Shown piece by piece: positions 1 to 10,013 of a stretch of DNA of 64,000 bases. Source of the stretch: Candidatus Eiseniibacteriota bacterium (lineage in GTDB: Bacteria; Eisenbacteria; RBG-16-71-46; DASYSL01); the NCBI GenBank assembly GCA_046598045.1, contig JBKJJJ010000215.1, forward strand, positions 31,617 through 95,616, read 5' to 3'. The notes beneath the pieces are model-generated. The model was not told the origin of the DNA. It saw only the letters and a list, made by a program, of their open reading frames with translations, and searched no databases. The position numbers were made by a program, and so were the translations under genes. Numbering within the stretch: the first letter of the stretch is position 1; every line of letters starts with the position of its first letter.

Positions 1-85
1 GTCCGGCGCCCGCTTGTGAAGGGCTCAACCGGGCGGTATCCTCGCGCTTGAAATCTCCCTCGACCTCCGCCCCGGAGCCAGCGCA

Positions 86-2008
86 ATGCCCGACGAACGC
101 TCGACCGTCCCGCCCGCCACGACCCATGCCACGGAGCACGAAGCCCGTGCCATCGCGGAAGCCTCGCGCGAGACCGAGTGGGACAAGCCGAGTTTCGTGC
201 GCGAGTTGTTCGACGGCAAGCTCGACCTCTCCCTGATCCACCCGTTCCCGACGCCCGATCCCGAGGAGGAGCGCCGCGGCAAGGAGTGGATCGCGCGGCT
301 CGAGACCTTCCTCAGGGACCACGTCGACGGCGAGCAGATCGAGCGCGAGGGCAGGATCCCGCCCGAGGTGATCCAGGGGCTGCGCGAGCTGGGCGCGTTC
401 GGGATCAAGATCCCGGTCGAGTACGGCGGCCTCGGGCTGTCGCAGCGCAGCTACGGCCACGCGGTCGCGCTCGCGGGGTCGGAATCGGCGGCGCTGGTCA
501 CGCTCCTGTCCGCGCACCAGTCGATCGGGCTGCCGCAGCCGGTCAAGCTGTTCGGCACCGAGGCGCAGAAGAGGAAGTACCTGACGCGCTGCGCGGCGGG
601 GGCGATCTCGGCGTTCGCGCTGACCGAGAGCGACGTGGGCTCGGATCCCGCGCGCATGTCGACGCTCGCCACGCCGCTGCCCGACGGGTCCGGCTGGTCG
701 CTCTCCGGCGAGAAGCTCTGGTGCACGAACGGCGCGATCGCGGAGTTGCTGGTCGTCATGGCGCGCACGCCCGGCACGACGCCCGGCAAGCCCGGGCCGA
801 TCTCGGCGTTCATCGTCGAGGCCGACACGCCCGGCGTCCACGTCACGCACCGGCTCGAGTTCATGGGGCTCAGGGGCATCGAGAACGCGGTCATCCGTTT
901 CGACGACGTCAGGGTCCCGCGCGAGAACCTGCTGTGGGACGAGGGCAAGGGGCTCAAGCTCGCGCTGGTCACGCTCAACACGGGCCGGCTCACGCTGCCC
1001 GCGTCCTGCGCGGCCGCCGGCAAGTGGTGCCTCAACGTGGTGCGCCACTGGGCGAACGACCGCGTGCAGTGGGGCAAGCCCGTGGGCAAGCACGACGCGG
1101 TGGCGCAGATGATCGCCGACATCGCCTCGAAGACCTACGCCATGGACGCGATCAGCGAGCTGGGCTCGATGCTCGCCGACCGCCACGCCTCGGACATCCG
1201 GCTCGAGGCCGCGGTCGCCAAGCTGTGGAATTCGGACACCGCGTGGCACCTCGCCGACATGACGCTCCAGATCCGCGGCGGCCGCGGCTACGAGACCGCG
1301 CCCTCGCTCGCCTCGCGCGGCGAGACCCCCGTCCCGATGGAGCGCGTACTGCGCGACCTGCGCATCAACCGCATCTTCGAGGGCACGAACGAGATCCTGC
1401 ACCTGTTCATCGCGCGCGAGGCGGTCGACACCCATCTCAAGGTGGCGGGGGACCTGATCGACCCGAAGGCGCCGATGGGCAGGAAGCTGTCCGCGCTGGT
1501 CAAGGCGGGGCTGTTCTACGCGGTGTGGTACCCGTCGAAGTGGCTGGGCTACGCGGGCTGGCCGAAGTACTCCGAGTTCGGGCCGCTGGCGACCCACCTC
1601 CGGTTCGTCGAGCGCACGTCGCGCCGGCTGGCGCGGGCGCAGTTCCACGCCATGATGCGCTACCAGGGCGGGCTCGAGCGCAAGCAGTCGATCCTGTTCC
1701 GCTTCGTGGACGTGGCGGCCGAGCTGTATGCCATGAGCGCCGCGGTGACCATGGCGCATGCGCAGTCCCGCGCCGGCGCCGCGGCCGGGGAGGACCCGAT
1801 CGCGCTCGCCGACCTGTTCTGCAGGAACGCGCGCCGCCGGGTGGCGGAGTCGTTCCGCCGTGTCTCGGACAATGACGACGAGGCCGGCTACCGGTTGGCG
1901 AAGGACGTGCTCGCGGGCAATCTCACGTGGCTCGAGCAGGGCGTGTTCAACGTCGACGACCTGCTCAGCGCCGCCGAGGCCGCGGCGGTGGCGAAGAGCG
2001 CAAGCTAG
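86..2008 (+). CDS. Acyl-CoA dehydrogenase, long FadE10/ACAD9-like form (640 aa)
   Basis: Motifs FALTESDVGSD, GEKLWCTNG, QIRGGRGY and RINRIFEGTNEI, plus a C-terminal extension typical of the long forms. Confidence 0.93.
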   Translation: MPDERSTVPPATTHATEHEARAIAEASRETEWDKPSFVRELFDGKLDLSLIHPFPTPDPEEERRGKEWIARLETFLRDHVDGEQIEREGRIPPEVIQGLRELGAFGIKIPVEYGGLGLSQRSYGHAVALAGSESAALVTLLSAHQSIGLPQPVKLFGTEAQKRKYLTRCAAGAISAFALTESDVGSDPARMSTLATPLPDGSGWSLSGEKLWCTNGAIAELLVVMARTPGTTPGKPGPISAFIVEADTPGVHVTHRLEFMGLRGIENAVIRFDDVRVPRENLLWDEGKGLKLALVTLNTGRLTLPASCAAAGKWCLNVVRHWANDRVQWGKPVGKHDAVAQMIADIASKTYAMDAISELGSMLADRHASDIRLEAAVAKLWNSDTAWHLADMTLQIRGGRGYETAPSLASRGETPVPMERVLRDLRINRIFEGTNEILHLFIAREAVDTHLKVAGDLIDPKAPMGRKLSALVKAGLFYAVWYPSKWLGYAGWPKYSEFGPLATHLRFVERTSRRLARAQFHAMMRYQGGLERKQSILFRFVDVAAELYAMSAAVTMAHAQSRAGAAAGEDPIALADLFCRNARRRVAESFRRVSDNDDEAGYRLAKDVLAGNLTWLEQGVFNVDDLLSAAEAAAVAKSAS

Positions 2009-2868
2009 TCCCTCCGGGGCTGCTCGAGCACCGGCGCCATCGCGGCCCGCATCATCCCGAGCTTCATCCGTTCGGTGGGGCGCATCTCCCCCCGATGCGG
2101 CGCCCGTCCGTCCGCGAACACCTGCTGCAACTGCCCCGCCGGCACCATGCCCATGTCGTGCCTCCCCGCCATCACGTGGACCGTGCCCTCGAGCACGCAG
2201 ACGCAGGTTCCCATCGGCTCCTCGATCACGGCCAGCGTCGTCCCGGTCATCGTCGCCGAGGCCTGGGGCGTGGCGATGGTGAGGGTCGCGCCGTGGAAGC
2301 GCGTACCCGAGGTGAGGCGGACTTCGCCCGCCTCGACGCGGCCCTCGCTGTGCCGCCCGAACCAGCGCGGCGGGGGGGCCGGGAGCGTCATGCGCGTGCC
2401 CGGCGCGATCCCCAGCGCGACCTGACCGCGCGAGACCAGCTCGAGATCGCCGGACCCGTTCCACTCGATCGTGGCGCCGGCGACCAGCGCCTCGTTGATG
2501 CTCTCGAAATCATCCGCCGGGATCGCCTCGTCGTTGATCAGCACATTGCCGTGCGCGTTCTGGAGCGCGGCCACCCGCCAGCGCGGGCCCGGGTTGAACA
2601 CCCAGGCGAACCCGGCGACGAGCAGGAGCGCGGCGGTCGCGAGCGCCAGCCGGAGCAGGCGCGAGCCGGGACGCCGGGCCGCGATCGGGCGCTCGGCGGG
2701 GGTCGCCGCCGCCGGGTCGATCGCGCCGGAAGCGAACGCCGCGCCGAGCCGCGCCCGGAACTCCGGGTCGGCCGCGACCCCCGGCAGCGCGCGCACCGCG
2801 TCCTGCGCCCGCAGCGCATCGGGGTCGAGCGGTTCGTCCATGATGTCGCGACCGTCGTCGTGGGTCAT
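2005..2868 (-). CDS. FecR-domain transmembrane anti-sigma factor (287 aa)
   Basis: C-terminal part of ORF 2005..4749; ATG at 2868 overlaps the sigma-factor stop (ATGA); one TM helix, then FecR-like 'TPQASATMTGT...VCVLEGTVHV'. Confidence 0.8.
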   Translation of the reverse strand: MTHDDGRDIMDEPLDPDALRAQDAVRALPGVAADPEFRARLGAAFASGAIDPAAATPAERPIAARRPGSRLLRLALATAALLLVAGFAWVFNPGPRWRVAALQNAHGNVLINDEAIPADDFESINEALVAGATIEWNGSGDLELVSRGQVALGIAPGTRMTLPAPPPRWFGRHSEGRVEAGEVRLTSGTRFHGATLTIATPQASATMTGTTLAVIEEPMGTCVCVLEGTVHVMAGRHDMGMVPAGQLQQVFADGRAPHRGEMRPTERMKLGMMRAAMAPVLEQPRRD

Positions 2869-3506
2869 GCCAGCCGTTCCCGAAGCGCCTTGCCGAGTGC
2901 GGCGAGTGCGCGTGAGTGCCGCTTCCGAGCCGCGTCGTGCGTGATGCCCAGCGACGCGGCGATCTCCTCGTGCGTGAGGCCGGAGTAGTCGTACAGCAAC
3001 ACCGACTCGCGCAGGTCCTCCGGGAGCGCGGCGATCGCATCCTGCACGGCCCGCTCCCGCTCCCCGCGCACGAAGTCGCGCTCGGGGTCGTTCGTGCCCG
3101 CCGTGAGCGTCTCGCGCACGGCGGGATCGTCGACCGGCATCGCCGCCCGGCGCATGCGCTCGGCGCCCGAGCGCCAGTGATCGCGGCAGACGTTGCTCGC
3201 GATCGTCACCAGCCAGGGCATCGGGTCGCGCGCCGGGTCGAGCCGGTCGATCGCGCGATGCACCTTGAGGAACACCTCCGAGACCGCGTCCTCGGCCTGA
3301 GTCCGGTCGCCGAGCAGCCGATGCACCAGGGAGAAGACCCGGTCGAAATACGCCTCGAAGAACCCTGCCAGCGCTTCCGGATCCCGGGAGCGCACCCGCT
3401 CGAGCACGGCCGGATCGAGACGGGGCCCGGCCTCCACTCCCCGTACGGACGGGGGCGGGACGAGTGTCTCCGATTCGGCGGGTGGGGTCGGGCGGTCGGG
3501 GCTCAA
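2865..3506 (-). CDS. ECF sigma-70 family factor (about 213 aa)
   Basis: Region 2 'AEDAVSEVFLKV...PWLVTIASNVCRD' and region 4 'GLTHEEIA...ARKRHSRAL'; TTG start at 3506 chosen from a GGAG RBS. Confidence 0.88.
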   Translation of the reverse strand: MSPDRPTPPAESETLVPPPSVRGVEAGPRLDPAVLERVRSRDPEALAGFFEAYFDRVFSLVHRLLGDRTQAEDAVSEVFLKVHRAIDRLDPARDPMPWLVTIASNVCRDHWRSGAERMRRAAMPVDDPAVRETLTAGTNDPERDFVRGERERAVQDAIAALPEDLRESVLLYDYSGLTHEEIAASLGITHDAARKRHSRALAALGKALRERLA

Positions 3507-3624
3507 CTGGGATGTCTCCGGGGCCGGGAAGGGGTCGGGCGGGCAGCTTAGCACAGGCCGGCCAGGGGGTTGGCGCGTCCGGCCGGCCTTGCCCGCCCGC
3601 CCAGCGGACACTACACTGCGCCGC

Positions 3625-4734
3625 ATGCAAGGACGCGTTGCGCTCTCCCTGACCGCGATCTTCACCCTCCTGGCCATCGGCCTGTCGTTCACTTCCGCAG
3701 CACCGCTCCTGGTTTTCGGCGTGGCGGCGCTCGCGATCCTCGGCCTGGCGGCCGTGCTCGGCGGGGCGACCGAGGAACTCGGCGCCCATCTCGGGCATCG
3801 CGTCGGCGGCATCCTCAACGCGACCGTGGGCAACGTGGGCGAGATCATCATCGCCGTGTTCGCGCTCAAGGCCGGCCTGATCGACCTGGTCAAAGCCTCG
3901 ATCACGGGCTCGATCATCGGCAACGTGCTGCTCGTGTTCGGCGCGAGCGTCACGGTGGGCGGGCTCAAGCACGGGATCCAGCGCTTCGACGCGCGCTCGG
4001 CCGGGATGAACGCCGTGCAGCTCGTGCTCGCCACGATCGGCCTGGTCGTGCCCGCGATGTTCGCCTTGAGCGTCGGCGGCGAGCACGTGGCGCAGAACTT
4101 CCTGCCGATCGAGAGCGTGACGCTCGGGGTCGCGGGGCTCCTGGTCGTGCTCTACGGACTGTCGGTCTACTATGACCTGACGCGGCCCATGGGCGCCGTC
4201 CGCTCGGGCGACGAGATGCACACCGCCGACGCCGCGGAGGCGGCCGCGCGCCGCCACTGGTCGCGTCCGCTCGGGATGCTGGTGGTCGCGGCCGCGGCGC
4301 TGGCGTGGGTTTCGGAGATCCTGGTCGGGGCGGTCGAGCCGGTCGTGCATGAACTGGGCGTCAGCCAGTTCTTCCTCGGCATCGTCGTGATCCCGATCAT
4401 CGGCAACCTCGCCGAGCACCTGGTCGCGCTCCAACTCGCGCGCAAGAACCAGATGGATTTCGCGATCGCGGTCTCGCTCGGCTCGGCGACCCAGGTGGCA
4501 TTGTTCGCGGCGCCGCTCCTGGTCTTCCTCTCGATCCCGCTCGGCCACCCGCTGACGCTCGTGTTCACGCCCCTGGAGGTGATCGCGGTCGGCATGGCCG
4601 CGCTCATCGCGGCGCTGATCGCCATCGACGGCGAATCGAACTGGCTTGAGGGCGTGCAGCTGATCGCGGTCTACCTGATCCTCGCGGTGGCGTTCTTCTT
4701 CCTGCCTTTCGGCCCCGCGCCGGTGCACCCTTAA
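3625..4734 (+). CDS. cax: Ca2+/H+ antiporter (CAX/ChaA family)
   Basis: Alpha-repeats 'LNATVGNVGE' and 'PIIGNLAEH', C-terminal 'DGESNWLEG', about 11 hydrophobic segments. Confidence 0.92.
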   Translation: MQGRVALSLTAIFTLLAIGLSFTSAAPLLVFGVAALAILGLAAVLGGATEELGAHLGHRVGGILNATVGNVGEIIIAVFALKAGLIDLVKASITGSIIGNVLLVFGASVTVGGLKHGIQRFDARSAGMNAVQLVLATIGLVVPAMFALSVGGEHVAQNFLPIESVTLGVAGLLVVLYGLSVYYDLTRPMGAVRSGDEMHTADAAEAAARRHWSRPLGMLVVAAAALAWVSEILVGAVEPVVHELGVSQFFLGIVVIPIIGNLAEHLVALQLARKNQMDFAIAVSLGSATQVALFAAPLLVFLSIPLGHPLTLVFTPLEVIAVGMAALIAALIAIDGESNWLEGVQLIAVYLILAVAFFFLPFGPAPVHP

Positions 4735-4753
4735 CCATGAGTTCGGCAAGGGT

Positions 4754-5416
4754 TTGCGGTCAGGAGCTCCACTGAATCGCGAAGCCGCGGCCCCGGGAGC
4801 GGTAAACGATTCCCACGCCGGGGGCGTCTCCCATGCCGAGGACGTGGCGCTCGCGCGCCGCGCCGCCGCCAGGGACGAGGCGGCGTGGCGGACGATCTAC
4901 GAGCGCACCCGGCAGCGCCTGTTCGCGCTGCTCGCCTACCAGACGGGCGACCGCGAGGAGGCGCTCGAGCTCCTGCAGGAGGTCTACCTGCACGCCTACC
5001 AGGGGCTCGCGCGCTATCGTGGGGACGGCCCGCTCGAGGCCTGGTTCGCGATCATGGCGATCCGCCGCGCGCGCGACTGGAAGCGCAAGCTGGTGCGGCG
5101 GCGACGGCACGAGCGGGATGATGCGGAGATCGGCCGGGCCATGGAGGCGGAGGGACCGCGCGGACCCGACCCGAGCGCGCTGCCGCTGCGGATCGTGCTC
5201 GACCGGGCGCTGGCGCAACTGCCCGAGCGGCAACGCGCCGCGTTCCTCCTGCGCGAGGTCGAGGACCTTCCATTCCGCGAGGTCGCGGAGGCGCTCGGCG
5301 TCAACGAGGCGACGGCGCGTGTCCACCACTTGAGGGCCCGGCGCGGGCTCCAGGAATTGCTGAAGGACGAGCCGCGTGCCGCGGTGTTCATCGCCGAGGA
5401 CCGGGAGGCCCCATGA
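4754..5416 (+). CDS. ECF sigma-70 family factor (start uncertain)
   Basis: 'ELLQEVYLHAY..L.RYRG...AWF' and 'LPERQRAAFLLREVEDLPFREVA'. Confidence 0.87.
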   Translation: MRSGAPLNREAAAPGAVNDSHAGGVSHAEDVALARRAAARDEAAWRTIYERTRQRLFALLAYQTGDREEALELLQEVYLHAYQGLARYRGDGPLEAWFAIMAIRRARDWKRKLVRRRRHERDDAEIGRAMEAEGPRGPDPSALPLRIVLDRALAQLPERQRAAFLLREVEDLPFREVAEALGVNEATARVHHLRARRGLQELLKDEPRAAVFIAEDREAP

Positions 5417-6618
5417 GCGACCTGTTCAAGGACGGGCGACCGCAGCTGTCGGACGACGAGGACCGTCGTCTCTGGCAGCGCGTGCGCGCGATCCCGGGCG
5501 AGGTCGAGGGCGTCGCTCCCGCGCGCGCGCCGCGCCTGCCGTGGTGGCGTGCCCTGTGGGCGATGCCCGCCGTGCGCTATGGGGCCCCCGCGCTCGCGGT
5601 GCTGCTGGTCGCCGTGGTCTGGGTCGCCGAGCGTTCCCCGGTGCCGCCGGCACGCGTGAACGCGCAGAAAGTCCTCGACCGCGCGCGGTCCCAGGAGGCC
5701 ACCCCGTCGCCCGCGCCGATGCCCACGTCGGTGACCGCGTCCGCGCCCACAGCCGCCAACGAGTTGAAGAAGGCGACCCCCGAGCTCGCGAGCAGCGCCG
5801 ACAAGGAGCGGGACGCGAAGGAGGCCCCGATGCCAACGGGCGTGGACGCGCCGGCCGTCGTGCAGAGCGAGGAGTCCCGGCGGACGTTCGCCGCCGAGCC
5901 GGTGCCCGTGCGCGAGGCGGCCAAGGCCCGCACCGAGGAGCGCGCACAAGCGCAGAAGGCCACGCCCGTCGCGCCGCCACCCGCCGTGCGCGGGGGCCGG
6001 GCGAATGAAGATCAGTTCAAGGTCGACGGGTTGCCGGTGAACCCGCCGAAGGACGCTTTGAGCGGCGGGGCGGCGAAGGCGCCGGCATCGACACCGGCCC
6101 CGGGCGCGAACGGGGGAGCGGTCCAATCCCGGTATCGAGACTCGGGGCCCGGAGCCGGTTTGGTCCTGCCTCCGACCGGTGTGACCGATCGCCTCGCGGC
6201 GGGCACGCTGCCCGGAGCTGCCGACCTCGCGCAACACCCGATCGTCCGCGACATCACGAGCGGAAGAGCCTTCAAGGCGTTTGTCGCGATCTCTGAGCCC
6301 ACACTGTGGGCGCCAGAAGGCAACGCGAGCTACAAGGTCTTCCTCTTGGGGTTCCCCGGCGGGGTTTCGGTGGAGGCTGGCTCGATTTCCGTCACCGGCG
6401 AACATCCGGTGCCCTTTGAAAACGCAACTGCCCCGGCAAGACTCGCCGTGCTGGCCTCGCTGTTCGAGCAGGCGCTCGTTCAGACGCCGCCCTCGCGCGC
6501 GCGCATCGAGGCCCTGCGCGAGGAAGTCCGGCGGATCGACGCCGCCGAGGGCGGCTATGGCCGCACGCGCCTGCTCGCGCTGCTCGCCGGCGCGCTGAAG
6601 GCGCTGCCCGCGCGTTAG
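5413..6618 (+). CDS. Putative transmembrane anti-sigma factor with an Ala/Pro-rich extracytoplasmic part
   Basis: ATGA overlap with the ECF gene; short cytoplasmic N-terminus; TM helix 'LAVLLVAVVWV'. Confidence 0.65.
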   Translation: MSDLFKDGRPQLSDDEDRRLWQRVRAIPGEVEGVAPARAPRLPWWRALWAMPAVRYGAPALAVLLVAVVWVAERSPVPPARVNAQKVLDRARSQEATPSPAPMPTSVTASAPTAANELKKATPELASSADKERDAKEAPMPTGVDAPAVVQSEESRRTFAAEPVPVREAAKARTEERAQAQKATPVAPPPAVRGGRANEDQFKVDGLPVNPPKDALSGGAAKAPASTPAPGANGGAVQSRYRDSGPGAGLVLPPTGVTDRLAAGTLPGAADLAQHPIVRDITSGRAFKAFVAISEPTLWAPEGNASYKVFLLGFPGGVSVEAGSISVTGEHPVPFENATAPARLAVLASLFEQALVQTPPSRARIEALREEVRRIDAAEGGYGRTRLLALLAGALKALPAR

Positions 6619-8378
6619 AACCGGTTGGCGGCGGGCGTGGGCCGGGTGTATACGGAGTCGTTTACGGCGCGCTCGACGATGCGCAAATCCCCGTCCACGC
6701 CGAAGCGCAGGAACTCGTCCCGCACCAGCAACTCGGGCCGGAACGCGACCACGGCCACCCGCACATCGCCCTGCTCGTACACGTCCGCGAACGAGACCGG
6801 CAACTCGAACGCCGGGATCAGGTCGGCGGGCAGGCGCACGTTCACGCCCTTGAGGCCGATCCGCCGGAGCAGGACAACCATCGAGTCCGGGTGCATCGCG
6901 ATCCCGCAGCGGCCGAAGCGGTTCTGCTCCTCGAACACGGCGCGCACCTTGGCCCACGACTTTTCGTCGAGATCGAACGCGAGACGGATCTGGTCGCGGC
7001 GCATGAGCGGGCGCCCGACGATCCTGCTGTCCCCGAGCGTGAAGTGGATGGTGGCCTGCGCCTCGTGCGTTTGTGGGCGGATGACCCCGGTGAGCGTCTG
7101 CCGGGTCGAGAAGCCCCGGCACACCACCGAGGCCAGCGCCGTTGGTTCCCACGAGGCCGCGAACGTCGCTGCGCCCCCGGCCCCGGTGATGTGGACCGGC
7201 AGCGTGACATCGAGGGCGTCCGGCGGCTTGAAGCGGACCTTCGGCTCCCCGGGCGTCTCGAGCCGGCCGACGAGGTGCCGCACGCGCACGTCCACCCGGA
7301 TCCGGCCCGCGCCGACACGCTTGCCCAGCAGCTTGACCTTGATCTCCTGGTCGATGGTCTCATGGATCTCCGGCTTGAAGTCCACGCGCGCCCCGGTGCG
7401 GTACCGGCGCGCGACCCGGTAGGCCAGCTCGGCCAGCACCGACCGCGGGGTGAGGATCACGAGGTCGCGGTCGGCGAGCAGAATCGCGCGCCAGATCGAA
7501 TCCTGCGCGGCGAACGCGCGCACGCTGTCGCCCAGCGCCTCGACGGTGGCGGCGGTGGCGCGCTCGGGGCGTTGGCCCTCCCGCAGCGAAGGAAGCTCCC
7601 AGGGCGCGCGGGGCGCGCGCGGGCCGACGCCCGTTGAGTCGGTCTCGGGCAGGAGGCTCAGGTTGACGACCAGGCGGTTCTCGAGCGCGACCACCGAGCT
7701 CAGGCGGATCGACAACGGGACGAGCGCCTCGGGCAGCGCGAGGTCGCCCTCGACCGGGGGCAAGCGCAGGCGGGATTCGATCTTGAGTGGCAGATGAATG
7801 GCCGACTGTAAATCGTTCCACTCCTGCAGTTTCTGGATGCTGAAAAAGCGGATTGCGGGGTTCGTCACCACCGCCAGCGCTCCGGTGCCCGTGCGCACCA
7901 CCTGGAGGTCCGTGATCTCGAGCCGCGGCTTGAGCTGCCCCGTGCTGTCGTCCACGCCCGCGATGCCGAGCCGGCCGCTGAGGACGAGTTCGGCGAACAG
8001 CGTCGAGTCGGAAGCGACCATGCCGCGGCCTCTCAGCGTCACCACCGCGAGTCCGTCGAGCAGGTCCACCTTCGCCGAGTCGAGCCGCGCGACATAGCGA
8101 CCACCGTCGAACGCGCGCGTGAACGGCAGGGAGGAGGCGACGATCTTCTGCAGGAAGTCGTCGCGCACGGCGATCGTGACGTCGTTCGCCGGCAGGAGCG
8201 TGCCCTGGGTGCGGCGGGAGAGGTAACGCCTGAGCGCGGCGACCTGCTCGCCGCGGCGCTCGGCTTCGACTACGGAGGCGGGGCGCGCGAGGCTCGAGCT
8301 CAGCCGCTGGAAGAGCACCAGCCCGACTGCGAGCGCGATCAGGAGCAGCAGGCCCAGCACCAGCGGGAAGCGTCGCAT
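6615..8378 (-). CDS. Membrane-anchored hypothetical protein with two similar beta-rich halves (587 aa)
   Basis: N-terminal TM/signal 'LVLGLLLLIALAVGLVLF'; protein-like composition; starts 31 nt after the gltG-like stop on the same strand. Confidence 0.75.
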   Translation of the reverse strand: MRRFPLVLGLLLLIALAVGLVLFQRLSSSLARPASVVEAERRGEQVAALRRYLSRRTQGTLLPANDVTIAVRDDFLQKIVASSLPFTRAFDGGRYVARLDSAKVDLLDGLAVVTLRGRGMVASDSTLFAELVLSGRLGIAGVDDSTGQLKPRLEITDLQVVRTGTGALAVVTNPAIRFFSIQKLQEWNDLQSAIHLPLKIESRLRLPPVEGDLALPEALVPLSIRLSSVVALENRLVVNLSLLPETDSTGVGPRAPRAPWELPSLREGQRPERATAATVEALGDSVRAFAAQDSIWRAILLADRDLVILTPRSVLAELAYRVARRYRTGARVDFKPEIHETIDQEIKVKLLGKRVGAGRIRVDVRVRHLVGRLETPGEPKVRFKPPDALDVTLPVHITGAGGAATFAASWEPTALASVVCRGFSTRQTLTGVIRPQTHEAQATIHFTLGDSRIVGRPLMRRDQIRLAFDLDEKSWAKVRAVFEEQNRFGRCGIAMHPDSMVVLLRRIGLKGVNVRLPADLIPAFELPVSFADVYEQGDVRVAVVAFRPELLVRDEFLRFGVDGDLRIVERAVNDSVYTRPTPAANRF

Positions 8379-8409
8379 GGCCGCAGCATGTCACACCCGG
8401 AGCGGCGCG

Positions 8410-9504
8410 TCAGCCCCCGGTCGGGGGCGTGAAGACGAACGGGATGTCGAACAGGAACCGGCTCTCGGAAGAGTGCGGGAAGCGCCACTCGCGGGCCTGG
8501 CCCAGCACGCAGTTGTCGAGATCGGAATCGCCCAGGGTCGAGCGCACGACCGAGGCCTCGCTCACGCTACCGTCGCCGGCCACCGTGAGGCGGATCACGA
8601 TCTGGCCGCTCGCGCCCGCGCGCTTGGTGAGCAGGCGGTTGTAGCAGAAGCGCACCGCCGCCGCGTGGCGCTGAACGACCGCCATGAGCGCCCCGGCCGT
8701 GCGGCCCTCGGCCGCCGCGTCGCCGCCGCCGGCGACCGCCGCGGGCGCCGCGATGCGCACCTGCGCGCGGCCCACGCCGCCACCGCCGCCTCCCGCCCCC
8801 GCGCCCGCCGTGCCGCGGCCGCCGAGCCCGCCCCTGTCCGCGTTGCCCAGGATCTCGTCCACGCCGCCGAGGTCGGCGCCCGAGCGCGCGTGCGCGCCCG
8901 GCGTGCCCTCGCGGCGGGAAATGCCGCTGCCGGCGGCGCCCTCCCTCAGGGCGCGGCCGCCGCGATTGCTCGCCACCACGCCCGTGAAGTCGCCGACGAT
9001 GCGGTCCACCTCGGCCAGCGTGCCCGTGGCGGCCATCGCCTGCGCGACTCCTGCCGCCATCTGCGCGCCCTTGACGCCCGCGTTGCTTCCGCCGCCGCCA
9101 CGGGGTCCGCCGGAGCCCGGCTCGTTGGTCGGCACGCCGCTCGCGTCGGGCGGCGGCGCCTGGTGCGAGATGCGGGTCTCGGGCGCCGTGGGCTTGGGCT
9201 CCTCGGTCGGATCGGCCGAGCGCGGGGCGATGCCCTCGGCCGGGACGGCGGCGCGCTCGGGCGTCGACAGCTTCGCGAGGTCCGACTGGTTGAGCAGGAG
9301 GCGCGATACGCGCTTGGGCAACTGGTCGAAGGTCATCGACTCGATCGGGCGGATCGGCGTATTGGAAACCAGCCACAGGAACAGCGCGCCCAGGGTCAGG
9401 AAGACCAGGTGGCTGACCATCGCCGGTTTGTCGAGGGTCTCGAACGGGCCGGGCCGGAAGTCGTCGAAGAGCTCGTTCTGGGCGGCGCGTGCGCGGGTCG
9501 TCAT
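8410..9504 (-). CDS. GltG/AgmX-like TonB-family energy transducer (364 aa)
   Basis: ATG 9504 overlaps the exbD-like stop; TM helix with His ('MVSHLVFL'); Gly-rich linker; TonB_C/AgmX-type C-terminus 'VRFCYNRLL...GQIVIRLTVAGDGSV...NCVL...WRFP'. Confidence 0.85.
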   Translation of the reverse strand: MTTRARAAQNELFDDFRPGPFETLDKPAMVSHLVFLTLGALFLWLVSNTPIRPIESMTFDQLPKRVSRLLLNQSDLAKLSTPERAAVPAEGIAPRSADPTEEPKPTAPETRISHQAPPPDASGVPTNEPGSGGPRGGGGSNAGVKGAQMAAGVAQAMAATGTLAEVDRIVGDFTGVVASNRGGRALREGAAGSGISRREGTPGAHARSGADLGGVDEILGNADRGGLGGRGTAGAGAGGGGGGVGRAQVRIAAPAAVAGGGDAAAEGRTAGALMAVVQRHAAAVRFCYNRLLTKRAGASGQIVIRLTVAGDGSVSEASVVRSTLGDSDLDNCVLGQAREWRFPHSSESRFLFDIPFVFTPPTGG

Positions 9505-10013
9505 TTCTGGATCACCGCCAGCGTGATGTCGTAGAAGCCGACGGTCTGGCTCGTGTACATGACCTTCTGCAGGACCTGGAAGGGGATCGTCTCGTCCGCC
9601 TGCAGGATCAGCTTGCCTTCGAACTTGCGGGCACTGCCGGCGCGCTCGGCCAACCCTTCGGTCTTCTGGCGCACCGCGGCGAGCGCCTGCTCGAGCGCCG
9701 GTACCTTGAGCTCGCCGAGCTGCACCACGTCCTCGGTCGGGCACACGGCCTCGCCGTCGACCACGACCTGGCTCTTGGTCACGACCACCACGGGCGCCTC
9801 CTTGAACGAAGCGGTCGAGGTGGACGGCGGGAGCGTCACGCCCGGGAACGGCGACACCACGGCGCCGCCCACGACCAGGCTCTTGAGCAGGAACAAAAGC
9901 AGCACCGTGAAGATGTCGATCAGCGAGGTCAGCTGGAGCCGCGCGACCGCGGCCTGCTCGCTGCCGCGGCGCTTGCGCTCGCGAATCGCCGTGCCGACGA
10001 GGTAGCCCCTCAT
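9501..10013 (-). CDS. ExbD/TolR family, AglS-like
   Basis: TM 'LTSLIDIFTVLLLFLLKS' with the conserved Asp; periplasmic 'LILQADETIPFQVLQKVMYT'. Confidence 0.9.
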   Translation of the reverse strand: MRGYLVGTAIRERKRRGSEQAAVARLQLTSLIDIFTVLLLFLLKSLVVGGAVVSPFPGVTLPPSTSTASFKEAPVVVVTKSQVVVDGEAVCPTEDVVQLGELKVPALEQALAAVRQKTEGLAERAGSARKFEGKLILQADETIPFQVLQKVMYTSQTVGFYDITLAVIQK

